The translations under genes and the position numbers were made by a program. Shown piece by piece: positions 18,536 to 29,081 of a stretch of 63,609 bases of DNA. This DNA comes from an uncultured Gammaproteobacteria bacterium (lineage in GTDB: Bacteria > Pseudomonadota > Gammaproteobacteria > UBA4575). The stretch spans positions 1 through 63,609 of the forward strand of contig CALAJL010000023.1 in the NCBI GenBank assembly GCA_937922735.1, read 5' to 3'. The notes under the pieces were generated by a model, which did not search any database, was not told the DNA's origin, and saw only the letters and a list, made by a program, of their open reading frames with translations. The first letter of the stretch is position 1, and each line of letters opens with the position of its first letter.

Positions 18536-19066
18536 TTAATCATTGCTAGCCTTGTTAGAATAATGTCCATTAACTAAATCTTCTGCCATCGATCCAAGCT
18601 CAATTATCAAATCTATTTCATCATCATCAAATTTCCTGGGACGTTTATCTACCAAACAGAAGGTACCCACATTCATTCCTGAGTCTGTCTGCAATACAAA
18701 ACCTATGTAAGAGCGCACCCATGGTTTATTTACTACTTGTGGGTTATCGAAGAATCGACTGTCATCTAGTGTATCTGAAACTTCAAAAATACGTCCTCTT
18801 GGATGATTGTTGGTTATTTCACAAATAGCATGGGCACATATAGATATATCTCGATGCACTTCTGTTGCATCAATCCCGCACATAGACTTAAACCACTGAC
18901 GCTCAGCATCAATAAAAGTAATTAGGCAGATGGGCACATCAAGCTTTTCGGTAGCAAAACTTGTAATGCAATCAAAACGTACATCGGGTGATGAATCAAG
19001 GATATTGAGTGCATGTAATGCTACTAAACGATGGGGTTCATTTTCAGGTAATGACGCAGATAACAT
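18536..19066 (-). CDS. Stand-alone GAF domain protein
   Basis: NEPHRLVALHALNILDSSPDVRFDCITSFATEKLDVPICLITFIDAERQWFKS...FCLVDKRPRKF is the GAF type usually found N-terminal to GGDEF or kinase outputs. Here it has no output domain. Confidence 0.8.
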   Translation of the reverse strand: MLSASLPENEPHRLVALHALNILDSSPDVRFDCITSFATEKLDVPICLITFIDAERQWFKSMCGIDATEVHRDISICAHAICEITNNHPRGRIFEVSDTLDDSRFFDNPQVVNKPWVRSYIGFVLQTDSGMNVGTFCLVDKRPRKFDDDEIDLIIELGSMAEDLVNGHYSNKASND

Positions 19067-19410
19067 ACTTCAAACTCCAACCAAGTAGTTACTTAAAATA
19101 ATAGTTTAAATATTTAACTATGTACAGATTTAGGCATTATTTTTATACAATTTTGTTAATTTCTTGCTTTGTTTCACATAATTGAATTAAAGAATATTTC
19201 AAAAATCAAATATTCATAAAACATCATAAATAGCAAGCAAGCCGTACTATTTTTGTGCCTATCAGTAACATTTTAGACTTTCAATCACATATTATTATTA
19301 ATTAAAAACTATGATTTAGATTCAGCTAAACGATAAATAATGGCAAATGATTTACTATTCTATTCGTGACATTCTTAGCGATTGTAGATATTGATCCTGA
19401 TCAATGAACT

Positions 19411-19878
19411 TCAATTTTGTTTTTGTTTGTTATTATCATTAATGCTATTTCTCTTCATTTCAAACTGACGCATAGGCATTGTATCTATTAGAGTGAATAT
19501 AGATTGTAAATCCAAGCTCTTTTCTTTTTGTTTAATCTCACCATCTTTTCCTATCAAAAGTACATTTTCTTCAGTATTTATAAAGTAATTATTTATCATT
19601 GAGCTATAAAATTTTTCTTGAATATTTCCTTGATAGTTTGTTTTTACACTGTTATTTGAGAATACAAACCAATATATATTCCTTTCTCGAATTTCATCAT
19701 CTTGATTTGCAAGCTGCAAGAATACGTCTTTGTGCCCATCTGTTACACGAACTAGGATAATTCTATAATTCCACTCTAATTCACCAATATTCTCCAGTGC
19801 ACTTACAAGTTGTATAGATGAAATAATTAAAATAATTAAAAAGAATATTCTTAATATAAAGATTGGGTGTTTATTCAT
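19411..19878 (-). CDS. DUF4174 domain secreted protein
   Basis: Signal/anchor helix. VLLIGKDGEIKQKEKS...IFTLIDTMPMRQFEM matches the hallmark DUF4174 C-terminal motif. Confidence 0.7.
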   Translation of the reverse strand: MNKHPIFILRIFFLIILIISSIQLVSALENIGELEWNYRIILVRVTDGHKDVFLQLANQDDEIRERNIYWFVFSNNSVKTNYQGNIQEKFYSSMINNYFINTEENVLLIGKDGEIKQKEKSLDLQSIFTLIDTMPMRQFEMKRNSINDNNKQKQN

Positions 19879-20146
19879 TTTTTTCTTACATATATATTTT
19901 GAGTGCTATTACCATAAAGGTTGCCCAGCATTATGTTCATAGTATCTGTCTAACGCATAAAAGATATTATTTATAATGCATTGTATTCTTATATTAATAT
20001 TTTTCATGATTGAGATAAATTATATTTAAGTCATCCAAACATCAGTGAAAATAAACCCCTTAGAAAATATTTAACAGAATCGCTTAGTTTTATGCCATTT
20101 GTGCCGTATACATTTATTAACTCTATACAGTTTCAGGAAGTTAATA

Positions 20147-20515
20147 ATGTTGAAAAAACATTGGTACTATATAACGTTGCTCTTTATTCTTGCCACACCA
20201 AATCAAGTTATTGCAGACCAATACCCTGAAATGAAAAAGTTTTGTATGTGGAAAGCAAGTGCTGCGCAGATTATCGCGATGAATCGAGACTTAGGGTTAA
20301 ATCAAACAGAAATTACTGGCCAGTACCTTAACCAAGAAGATGACTATAACGAGCAAGTAGTTGTACTTGATTTGATTGATCGAATTTATGGTAGATATGA
20401 ATTTGTAACACACGATACGATTTATTCACAAACAAATAAAACGTGTTTGAGAGATCTTTATACAGACAAGTCTAATGAAGTTTTCTTATCTTCACATTTA
20501 GACAAGAATCAGTGA
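20147..20515 (+). CDS. Hypothetical secreted protein
   Basis: The ORF track starts at a TTG at 20099. The ATG at 20147 is preceded by CAGGAAG 7 nt upstream and begins a signal-like MLKKHWYYITLLFILATPNQVIA. No family recognised. Confidence 0.55.
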   Translation: MLKKHWYYITLLFILATPNQVIADQYPEMKKFCMWKASAAQIIAMNRDLGLNQTEITGQYLNQEDDYNEQVVVLDLIDRIYGRYEFVTHDTIYSQTNKTCLRDLYTDKSNEVFLSSHLDKNQ

Positions 20516-20585
20516 GCTGAATAGTTTGACTCTATCGATTAAACCAATTGTATTGTCTAGCTAATTTCAAATATTACAATATATT

Positions 20586-21779
20586 TTAGGTTAACTGACC
20601 AAATATTCTAAATCCTGCCACATAGGTTCCTATCGCAGAACCTAAAGAACTAAGCACAAATATTAACAATATCCTTGCTACCCTATTTTTGCGCCACCCC
20701 CAAGCAGAAGAAGTATCTTTGCGTAAAGCACTAAAATCATTCACTGTTGGCTTACGTATAAACAATTCCATCGCTGCAGTCACCATTCCGGCTCCAATGG
20801 TTGGGTTTAGCGAAGTTATGGGGGCAGCAACAAAGGCTGTAATAATCGTTAATATATGTGCACCAGCAATTGCTGCACCAAGTGCAGACAAACTTCCATT
20901 AATGACAACCCATTGCCAAATCAAACTCCAACCCATGTCTGGGCCTTTTTGAAAGCCCAAGTAAAAACCAAATATTACTAACGCAACAATAATCCAAGGA
21001 ATTAATTTAAACCAAGATCGCTTCTTAGGAATTACATCCAGCTCAGCGATTACATCACTAGCATCATAAGAACTATCTTCCGCATTTTTTTGCAAATAAT
21101 TTGTCATGCCTTTTACATGCCCCGCTCCCACGACAGCGAGTAAATTCTTGCCGGGCTGATCTTTCAATGTTTGTAATAGTTTTGCGGTCATATATCGATC
21201 ACGTTCATCAATTAACGGTATGAACAAATCATTCGCATCTTCAGAAAATTGTGCAAATGTGGTTTCGAGTAAATCACCTGTCTTTAGCTTTTCTATTTCT
21301 TCTTCAGACACGGTTTCTCGAGAAACTACGCTAGTGAACAATCCTGCAATAATATAAAGGCGTTTCCAAAAAGGTACATTATGATAAACACGTTTAAGAG
21401 TAGTCCCAACCTCACGATCAATCACTACTAATGGCAAATCCAGTTGTTTGGCATATTTAATTGAGGTTTTCATTTCCAAACCCGGTTCAATCCCCAATTG
21501 CTCTGCCATGCGTTGCTGATATGACCCTAATGCTAAACTTGCTGTAACCATACTTGCCTTGCCGCTACGTATTACATCAAACAAATCCATTTTTGCTAAT
21601 GCATTAGGGTCAGTCATAGCATTAAAGCGACTTTGGCAAAGTTCGATGCAGATAACATCATGTTGATTAGATTCAATTAGCTCTTGAGCCTTGTCTGCAC
21701 TGGCTTGGGAAACATGAGCCGTGCCCAAAATAGTGATAGTACTTTCACCAAAGGAAAGCGATTTAATGGGTTCTTCCAC
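20586..21779 (-). CDS. TraB/GumN family protein
   Basis: ITILGTAHVSQASADKAQELI...VICIELCQSRF and LAVVGAGHVKG motifs, plus a C-terminal multi-TM region. Confidence 0.85.
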   Translation of the reverse strand: MEEPIKSLSFGESTITILGTAHVSQASADKAQELIESNQHDVICIELCQSRFNAMTDPNALAKMDLFDVIRSGKASMVTASLALGSYQQRMAEQLGIEPGLEMKTSIKYAKQLDLPLVVIDREVGTTLKRVYHNVPFWKRLYIIAGLFTSVVSRETVSEEEIEKLKTGDLLETTFAQFSEDANDLFIPLIDERDRYMTAKLLQTLKDQPGKNLLAVVGAGHVKGMTNYLQKNAEDSSYDASDVIAELDVIPKKRSWFKLIPWIIVALVIFGFYLGFQKGPDMGWSLIWQWVVINGSLSALGAAIAGAHILTIITAFVAAPITSLNPTIGAGMVTAAMELFIRKPTVNDFSALRKDTSSAWGWRKNRVARILLIFVLSSLGSAIGTYVAGFRIFGQLT

Positions 21780-21859
21780 GATTTGAATAACTTTTTAGAA
21801 ATTTAAATTAAAATTAGGATTAGGATTAATCAGAAATAATCAACAACAAAAGCATAACT

Positions 21860-22222
21860 TTATGCTTCGTCATATTCATTATATTTCTTTGAGCTACCTT
21901 TAACTTTTTCGACTGGATAACGTTTTTCATTGATTTCCATCTTGCGCTTGGTCATTTCCATAAGATCTATACCTAATTGATCAGACATTCTTAATAGAAA
22001 TATAAAAATATCTGCCATCTCAAAAGCAACCGCCACATGCCGCTGAGGAGTCAACTCAGTACTCTGCTCTTCTGTCATCCATTGAAAATGCTCTAAAAGC
22101 TCTGATGCTTCAACTGACAACGCCATCGATAAATTTTTTGGGCTATGAAACTGCTCCCAATCACGAACTTGCGCAAATTCTCTCAATTTTAATTTAAGCT
22201 CCTCTAATGCAGGCTCACTCAT
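21860..22222 (-). CDS. MazG-like nucleotide pyrophosphohydrolase
   Basis: 120 aa. FAQVRDWEQFHSPKNL, EASELLEHFQW and EMADIFIFLL form the all-alpha NTP-PPase motif set. Confidence 0.8.
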   Translation of the reverse strand: MSEPALEELKLKLREFAQVRDWEQFHSPKNLSMALSVEASELLEHFQWMTEEQSTELTPQRHVAVAFEMADIFIFLLRMSDQLGIDLMEMTKRKMEINEKRYPVEKVKGSSKKYNEYDEA

Positions 22223-22240
22223 ATTCAGTATCTCTTTACT

Positions 22241-23614
22241 TTATGTTATTGATCTCACTATTGGTTCAACAAGCTTATCATCTTCAACATTAAGCTCACT
22301 AACAATATCTTTAACTGTTTTACAACCCAACACTTGCTCCAAGCTGTTATCAACTGTAGTCAATATAGATTTGACTGCACCAAATTTATGAGTGGTGAGT
22401 GAATTTTTAATATGACTTCTCGGTCCTGGCTCACGCACAGAGTCAACTACTGACTTTAATGACAATTCCTCTAGTGGCCTCGCAGGTGTGTAGGTTAGTT
22501 TATCTTGATCTATTTTTACCAATAATCCATGTTCAACTAACAGATCTAATTGTTGCTCTATTGATTGCTGTGGCAAATGCAATACGCTAACTAAACCCGT
22601 AACCGAAACAGGTGCGGAATTGGCATAGAAGCGTTGACCAATAACGACCATGATCTGGATAGCTATTTCTTCTTTTTGTCGATTAGTTAATGCCAAATCA
22701 TGTGCATTAATATGCAGATATTCTGGGTGTTGTTTATAGAAAGCAACACTTGAGCCAACCAGTAATATTAGCCAACTCCACCAGAGCCAAATCATAAAGA
22801 CAAATAAAAATGCAAAGCTTGAATAAATGGCAGTGTAGCTAGTTGAAATGGAAGCTGACATCACAGTTGCAAATACCCAGCCAACTGTTTGCCACAATAC
22901 ACCAGCAGCAATTCCTCCCATTAAGGCAGGCACAAACCTAACTTTAGTATTAGGCATGAATAGATAAGTAAAGGTAAATGCTGCGATAATTAGCAAGTAA
23001 GGCACAAGCTTAGTGGCCACACTCAACAAGGTTCCAAACGGTTCAATAGATATTATTGCTTGTGCAAATGAAGTATTTATTGCCGTTCCAGTCACCCCCA
23101 TGGCAACAAACACCAATACCGGACCCACCATAATTACGCTTAAGTAATTACTAAACCTTCTCGCCAATGACCCTGACTGTTGTACACGCCAGGTATAATT
23201 AAAAGCACTTTCAATCTTGTTAATCAATCTTACAATAATGCCAAACAACAAGGCCAGACCAACACCACTTAGCAAACCAACCTTAGTATTATCCACAAAA
23301 CCCATTATCTGCTGAGCAATTTCTTTCCCTTGACCGCCAAGTGGAGCTAAATATTGCAAGAGTATTGGCTCCATCTGGTTATGAACCCCAAACGCTTTCA
23401 TTACCGAAAAACTAACCGCAATAAGTGGCACTATGGATAACATCGTCGTGAATACCAAACTCATCGCGCGAAGATTTAGTTGACCGTCTAAAAAATCATC
23501 CAACATGATATGGATAAAGCGCACAATGCTCAGCAGGCCAGCTTGCCACCATGACAATGCATTGATATCTACGGCCCAGATTTTTTTGGTGATGTTTTCT
23601 TTTATTGACGACAT
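22241..23614 (-). CDS. YihY/BrkB family inner-membrane protein with C-terminal soluble extension
   Basis: 457 aa with a polytopic YihY-type core. The last ~150 aa look winged-helix-like (GLVSVLHLPQQSIEQQLDLLVEHGLLVK). Confidence 0.8.
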   Translation of the reverse strand: MSSIKENITKKIWAVDINALSWWQAGLLSIVRFIHIMLDDFLDGQLNLRAMSLVFTTMLSIVPLIAVSFSVMKAFGVHNQMEPILLQYLAPLGGQGKEIAQQIMGFVDNTKVGLLSGVGLALLFGIIVRLINKIESAFNYTWRVQQSGSLARRFSNYLSVIMVGPVLVFVAMGVTGTAINTSFAQAIISIEPFGTLLSVATKLVPYLLIIAAFTFTYLFMPNTKVRFVPALMGGIAAGVLWQTVGWVFATVMSASISTSYTAIYSSFAFLFVFMIWLWWSWLILLVGSSVAFYKQHPEYLHINAHDLALTNRQKEEIAIQIMVVIGQRFYANSAPVSVTGLVSVLHLPQQSIEQQLDLLVEHGLLVKIDQDKLTYTPARPLEELSLKSVVDSVREPGPRSHIKNSLTTHKFGAVKSILTTVDNSLEQVLGCKTVKDIVSELNVEDDKLVEPIVRSIT

Positions 23615-23856
23615 GATGTTACAAAGAGTGCCATGAATTTAATCATAGTAATTGTAACAGAAACGTAGTTTTGACCTAGATACAGCTAATCTTGCTATAG
23701 CATTGCGGCTATCTGTTATATTTGGCTAAGAAGCGACCCAAATCCACTAGATACACACCTTGCTAGAATAAGCAAACCATCATGCCTGATACAGGATGGT
23801 TATTGATATCTATAATAGATTCTAAATAATAGTTATATGACAATCGTCTATGTGAT

Positions 23857-24531
23857 TTATTTTTGCACCCATTGACCTTCTGCATTCTGGTACCAAGTAC
23901 CTACAGCTACCTCTTCTACCCAAACACGTGAGAAAGTTGATCGTATTTCTGCTTCCCACTCTGGGTGATCATTTGCTCGAGCAATTTCTGCGTATAAGGC
24001 TCCACGTTCTTTATTTTCATCAGCCACCAACTTCTTAACTAGATTACGTTCCTTTAAAGAAATTAAAGACTGATCTCTTATTTGGACATTTGCATTAGCA
24101 GTTAATCCTATTGCACCACTTGCATAATATTTCTTTAAGGTACTCGCACGTGCCTTTAAATTATTTCGTAATGCTCCGATCGCTGGTGTATTGATATTAA
24201 TATCCGCCTCTGCTTGTGCCGGGGATATTAGTAAATTTAAAATATTATTTGTTATAGTGCCTGCTACATCATTAACGATTACATAAGTTAAATAACCAGT
24301 CGCACTAGCTTTACTTTGATCATTCGTTTGTTCGTTCGTTTCTTGCTTTTCATTAATAACTTCTACCTGCTCTTCACTCAGAACATCGCGCACAATTACT
24401 CTCGCAGCATCCTCCGCCGCCGCGGCTGGAAAATAAATATTAATGGTCACACATGCAGAAAGCACTAATCCAAATATAAAACTGCTTAAAATCGACTTAT
24501 GCTTCACCATATCTTTCACCATATTTATCAA
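23857..24531 (-). CDS. DUF1318 (YdbL-like) lipoprotein, long form
   Basis: Lipobox LSAC. The C-terminal ADENKERGALYAEIARANDHPEWEAEIRSTFSRVW...GTWYQNAEGQWVQK matches DUF1318. Confidence 0.75.
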   Translation of the reverse strand: MINMVKDMVKHKSILSSFIFGLVLSACVTINIYFPAAAAEDAARVIVRDVLSEEQVEVINEKQETNEQTNDQSKASATGYLTYVIVNDVAGTITNNILNLLISPAQAEADININTPAIGALRNNLKARASTLKKYYASGAIGLTANANVQIRDQSLISLKERNLVKKLVADENKERGALYAEIARANDHPEWEAEIRSTFSRVWVEEVAVGTWYQNAEGQWVQK

Positions 24532-24606
24532 TATATTTAATTAACGGTAATAGTAAGACCCAGGTCACTATTGTTAAGTTCCTATCCGTTTAGTACACAT
24601 TTTGCA

Positions 24607-26709
24607 CTAGTTCACAATAACATCCTTTGTGCTGACCACTCTTTTCAATCTAGCAATCAATACAGGCCAAGACACTTCATTCGTAAACCCAACTATATCG
24701 ATACGTGGTACACCGCTGCCTTTAACAATATAAAAGCTTTTTGGATCACCTTCAGTTGACTTCTTTACGCCACGCATTTTGCATGTATTATTCTTCAAAG
24801 TGCAACCTAAACCTAATTTATCGTATCCAAAACTATCAAAAAATTTAAGAAAACTTTTTGATAAAATATTTACTCCTCCATTACCTACCTGAGTTAAATT
24901 ATCTACTGCGGTTTGGCTAATTCTGTGTCTCGACTTATCTTTCTCGGGTGTACCAAACCATGCATCAAATGCTACTGGCGTCCAATTAACGAATTGCAAG
25001 TTATTTATCGAACCTTCCAGCCGTCCCGTAATTTCACCGAATGAAAAAGTTTCCGTTAGAGAACCCAAGTCTAAGTTATTAAGCTTAAGATCGGCAGATA
25101 GTTTTGGAGTGATACTGAATAAATCTTCAGCACTTAAATTATGAATAGTAGTAGTGCCACCAAAACCACGAATTAACAACGCACCTTGTATATCTACATC
25201 ACCTTGTTTATAACTAACATTAGGCGCATAACCAGCAAGATTTCCATTCATTTCTGGCCAACCAAAAGCAACCGATAGTCTAGACATCGATACTGGTGTT
25301 AAGCTGATATCCATTACTGTTGACTGATCTTTACTGCCAGGATTCTTAACTGCAAAACTCTCGATATTCACTGCTCCATCTAATATAGGAACACTTACGG
25401 ATTGTTTTAATACCAATGCTTGTGCATCATTTGAAAATGAAAACTGACTAGCACCAAGCCTTAACTTATAAATATCAGCCGAGTCGAAACTAAATTTATA
25501 CTCCTTACCTGTAAAGCGTTTACCCCACCCGATATTTCCATTTAATTTAGAAATTGAGAAGCGTTTTTGATTATCTTCAAAGGTTAGGTAATTTAACGAT
25601 AGATCTGTATCGACGATTCTATCTCCATCGAATAACATTGAACCCGATAAGCTACCTTTAGTTACCAAATCAGAAATATTAGTGTCTAGTAGAAATGGCA
25701 ACATATAATTATCATATACATCCGGAAATGCAGCATATTGAATGTCAACTTGCATAGGTACAATAGCTTGTTGTTTTTCAAAATCAATAATGGTATCCAG
25801 CTTAAGGATCACCGCATTTGCATCCTCATAATGCAAAGAAGCTAACTCTATTTCAGTTGAGTCTACCTGCCAATTAAACGTTCCATATACGTCTTTTGCA
25901 TTAGCATTTGCATCAATAAATACTGGATCAAAATATAACTCCCCTTTAAAGGTGGTTGAGTTAAATTTATTCCTCCAAACTTTCAATTCACGTTTGCTTG
26001 AAAAAGCAAGCTTAATGGAAACATTCTCACCCACGAATGTACTTTCATCATTTGCAAATGCAAGTTCTCTTACAAGCGCATCCCCATGAATTTCTAATAA
26101 AGAGGTATCTTGGCCAATAAATTCTACTTCGCTGGTAGCAATGCCTTCTGAAAGTAACTCGGGAAATGATGGCAATACTTCTTTTAGTTTTGCAAATGAG
26201 ACATTATTACTTTTAATTCTAGCGCGCCAAAGTCTGTTATTCATTTTTACACTTAAACTTGCAGGTCCACCAGCCAGGTTAAAATCACTTAGCTCTATAG
26301 TTAAATCACCAACCTCATTCTTAAGAAATTTTATTTTGGCTTTATCAGCACTTGCAATGGGATCATCAAAAGTTAATTCACCATTATTACAAGCCAATGA
26401 GTCTTTTGAAATCTCACCATCATTGCATTGCAATAGGATATCTTTAATGTGGCCCTTATTATCTGGCAATACTGCAGATCCAATTTGTAAAGAATATGAA
26501 GTTATATTTTCCTGTTGAGAATCAAATTTTAGAGCAATATCATGAAGACTTAGACCATAGCCCTCAACCGAATCTATATTAATTGAAGTAACTAAATTGA
26601 GTGCGTTAGCTGAAAGCCCGACAGATGAAAATAAGGCGACTAAAGAGATGAAAAATATCAGCCAACGATGCTGAAACATATATTTTTTTTTGTTACGAAC
26701 AAACCACAC
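24607..26709 (-). CDS. YdbH-like / AsmA-family large periplasm-spanning protein
   Basis: 700 aa with an N-terminal anchor helix and beta-rich repetitive sequence. Its position directly upstream of a YdbL-like gene resembles the E. coli ydbH-ynbE-ydbL cluster. The true start may be the Met at 26679, which would remove the overlap with moeB. Confidence 0.55.
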   Translation of the reverse strand: MWFVRNKKKYMFQHRWLIFFISLVALFSSVGLSANALNLVTSINIDSVEGYGLSLHDIALKFDSQQENITSYSLQIGSAVLPDNKGHIKDILLQCNDGEISKDSLACNNGELTFDDPIASADKAKIKFLKNEVGDLTIELSDFNLAGGPASLSVKMNNRLWRARIKSNNVSFAKLKEVLPSFPELLSEGIATSEVEFIGQDTSLLEIHGDALVRELAFANDESTFVGENVSIKLAFSSKRELKVWRNKFNSTTFKGELYFDPVFIDANANAKDVYGTFNWQVDSTEIELASLHYEDANAVILKLDTIIDFEKQQAIVPMQVDIQYAAFPDVYDNYMLPFLLDTNISDLVTKGSLSGSMLFDGDRIVDTDLSLNYLTFEDNQKRFSISKLNGNIGWGKRFTGKEYKFSFDSADIYKLRLGASQFSFSNDAQALVLKQSVSVPILDGAVNIESFAVKNPGSKDQSTVMDISLTPVSMSRLSVAFGWPEMNGNLAGYAPNVSYKQGDVDIQGALLIRGFGGTTTIHNLSAEDLFSITPKLSADLKLNNLDLGSLTETFSFGEITGRLEGSINNLQFVNWTPVAFDAWFGTPEKDKSRHRISQTAVDNLTQVGNGGVNILSKSFLKFFDSFGYDKLGLGCTLKNNTCKMRGVKKSTEGDPKSFYIVKGSGVPRIDIVGFTNEVSWPVLIARLKRVVSTKDVIVN

Positions 26710-27454
26710 ACTTAGGATCTTTTTTTATTTTTACACTATGCCAGTCCATATTTAATGCATCGATTAGCAACAATCTATTCGAGAGCACTTGCCCTACATT
26801 TGCTATCAACTTAATCACTTCAGTCGCTTGGATAGAACCGATTAAACCGGTAACGGAACCGAGCACCCCAGTTTCAGAACAGTTTTCCTCAAGTTCTGAA
26901 TTCATATCAGGATACAAACATTGGTAACACGCACAATCACCTAGCATATCAAAGACAGCAACCTGTCCCTCAAAACGAATTGCAGCACCTGTTACTAAAG
27001 CAGTTTTAGTTTTGACACATGCCTTGTTAATAACAAAACGTGTTTGGAAGTTATCGGTTGCATCTACAACGATATCAGCACGACTTACTTCTTTATCAAG
27101 CATGTCGCCAATCAAAACCTCATTCACCGCCCTAACTTTTGTTTGGGCGTTGAGACCCAACAAAGTTTGTTTAGCTGAAAGTACTTTAGGCTTATCAAGA
27201 TCATCAGTATTATGAAGTATTTGACGTTGCAAATTACTCAGATCTACCGTATCAGGATCAACGATTGTTAACTCGCCAACACCACTTGCCGCAAGATACA
27301 TTGCAATCGGTGAACCCAAGCCACCAACTCCAAACAACAATACTTTAGCAGCAAGTATTTTTTGCTGCCCTTCAAAACCAATTTGCGGCAACATAATTTG
27401 ACGGCTATAACGCAATAGCGCGTCATCATTAAGGTCTTTATTAGCCATTGTCAA
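26693..27454 (-). CDS. moeB: Molybdopterin-synthase adenylyltransferase MoeB (ThiF/HesA family)
   Basis: LRYSRQIMLP...GVGGLGSP nucleotide loop, DPDTVDLSNLQRQILH, and paired CxxC motifs (CYQC, CVVC). Confidence 0.85.
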   Translation of the reverse strand: MTMANKDLNDDALLRYSRQIMLPQIGFEGQQKILAAKVLLFGVGGLGSPIAMYLAASGVGELTIVDPDTVDLSNLQRQILHNTDDLDKPKVLSAKQTLLGLNAQTKVRAVNEVLIGDMLDKEVSRADIVVDATDNFQTRFVINKACVKTKTALVTGAAIRFEGQVAVFDMLGDCACYQCLYPDMNSELEENCSETGVLGSVTGLIGSIQATEVIKLIANVGQVLSNRLLLIDALNMDWHSVKIKKDPKCVVCS

Positions 27455-27506
27455 CGTAAATTATAATATGAATATATAATCTGAAGGATGGGCTAAGTAT
27501 TGCGAG

Positions 27507-27821
27507 TTAACCCTTACGCCTCTTTTCTGCTTCTGCAAAAGCAGCCATTTGTTCTGGTGTGGCTTCTTTTTGATACTTATCTTTCCACTCAGAATACGGC
27601 ATACCATAGACAATTTCTCTGGCTTGCTCATATTCTAGAGAAATGTTTTTATCTTCAGCTGCAGCGACATACCATTTAGACAAGCAATTCCTACAAAAAT
27701 CTGCCAGATTCATTAAATCTATATTTTGCACTTCGGTCTTTGCCTGCAAATGCTCAACCAACCTTCTGTATACTGCAGCTTCGATTTCAAGTTGTTGTTG
27801 ATCGTTTATTTGTTCACTCAT
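27507..27821 (-). CDS. DUF1244 family protein
   Basis: EAAVYRRLVEHLQ...NIDLMNLADFCRNCLSKWY...YGMPYSEWK matches my memory of the DUF1244 consensus. Confidence 0.8.
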   Translation of the reverse strand: MSEQINDQQQLEIEAAVYRRLVEHLQAKTEVQNIDLMNLADFCRNCLSKWYVAAAEDKNISLEYEQAREIVYGMPYSEWKDKYQKEATPEQMAAFAEAEKRRKG

Positions 27822-27919
27822 AATAAAAGGCCCTTACGCTATTCAATTTACAATACCATATTGATATTTTACCTCATTACATTAACCAACCAATAAATCT
27901 ATCTCTTTATATTAACTAA

Positions 27920-28546
27920 ATGACTACAATTTATAATAAAAATGTAACTGGCATGATCTTAGCTGGTGGAAAAGCCAGGCGCATGGGAGGTCAAGATAAA
28001 GGTTTAATCGATATTAATGGTCAAGCTATGATTCAATATGTATTGGACGTATTAAAACCACAAGTAAATGAGATCTTGATAAATGCAAATCGCAATATAA
28101 CCGCGTATAAAAAATTTGGATATCCCGTTATATCTGATCAACTCGAAGACTATCAAGGCCCTCTCGCTGGCTTTGCAGCAGCAATGGAAGCATCAAAGAC
28201 GGATTATATCTGCACATGTCCTTGCGATGGCCCACTTATCGCCCAAGATCTTGTAACACGATTATCTTCTGCAATGGATTCATCCAATACAAATATTCCT
28301 ACGGCAGAGGTAGAAATTGCTGTCGCCCATGATGGTCAACGACTCCAGCCTGTTTATGCCTTAATCAGTTGCTCACTCCAACAAAGTCTATTGGACTATT
28401 TAAGTAGTGGAGAACGTAAGATAGACCGCTGGTATGCCCAACATAACTATAAAGCTGTAGATTTTAGTGACAAACAAGATTGCTTCATTAATATCAACAC
28501 TCCTGAGGATCAAACCAATATCTCCAAGCAGTTAACTAGAAAATAA
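27920..28546 (+). CDS. mobA: Molybdenum cofactor guanylyltransferase MobA
   Basis: GMILAGGKARRMGGQDKGL N-terminal motif and a PCDGP block, with mobB directly downstream. Confidence 0.9.
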   Translation: MTTIYNKNVTGMILAGGKARRMGGQDKGLIDINGQAMIQYVLDVLKPQVNEILINANRNITAYKKFGYPVISDQLEDYQGPLAGFAAAMEASKTDYICTCPCDGPLIAQDLVTRLSSAMDSSNTNIPTAEVEIAVAHDGQRLQPVYALISCSLQQSLLDYLSSGERKIDRWYAQHNYKAVDFSDKQDCFININTPEDQTNISKQLTRK

Positions 28547-28547
28547 T

Positions 28548-29081
28548 ATGCAAACTCTTTCATTTTGTAAGCCCGTATTAGGCTTCTCAGCGTTCAGTGG
28601 ATCGGGGAAAACCACTCTTCTCGAAAAGCTAATTCCTATACTTTCCTCTCGCAAGATCCGTGTTGCAGTAATTAAGCATGCACATCATTCATTTGATATC
28701 GATCACCCCGAGAAAGATAGCTATAAAATTCGTAAAGCTGGTGCACAACAAATTCTCATTTCATCGCAAAAACGTTGGGCGATGATTCACGAGCATGTAG
28801 ATGAAGCTTCTGAATTAACACTTGAAGCTGCTCTGCAACACATATCGACTGAAAATATAGAGCTGGTCATCGTTGAAGGCTTTAAATCAGCGCCCATTTC
28901 TAAGATTGAAATACATCGCCCTTCACTCGGCAAACCGTTGATATCTGCAAATGATGAATTTGTAATCGCAATTGCTACAGACGAACCTGGAAAAGTTGAT
29001 ACGAATTTATCACTTCTAGACCTTAATGATACTGAAATGATGGCTGATTATATTGTGCAATTTTTAACCAATAATCAGTGA
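28548..29081 (+). CDS. mobB: Molybdopterin-guanine dinucleotide biosynthesis adapter protein MobB
   Basis: Walker A FSGSGKTTLLEKLI and KHAHHSFDIDHPEKDSY. It starts 1 nt after the mobA stop. Confidence 0.9.
   Translation: MQTLSFCKPVLGFSAFSGSGKTTLLEKLIPILSSRKIRVAVIKHAHHSFDIDHPEKDSYKIRKAGAQQILISSQKRWAMIHEHVDEASELTLEAALQHISTENIELVIVEGFKSAPISKIEIHRPSLGKPLISANDEFVIAIATDEPGKVDTNLSLLDLNDTEMMADYIVQFLTNNQ

Noticed and set aside
24400-24531. The N-terminal lipoprotein segment of the DUF1318 protein (LSACVTINIYFPAAAAEDAA) as a possible YnbE-YdbL gene fusion replacing the missing ynbE.
   Set aside because: From memory, the C-VTIN-YFPAAAAE start seems to be a common feature of long-form DUF1318 proteins rather than of YnbE. 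I cannot support a fusion without an HMM comparison against PF13617.
26679-26709. 17-nt overlap between the moeB 3' end and the start of the YdbH-like gene.
   Set aside because: It is probably an artefact of taking the longest ORF. An in-frame Met at 26679 (MFQHRWLIFF..., directly before the anchor helix) removes the overlap.
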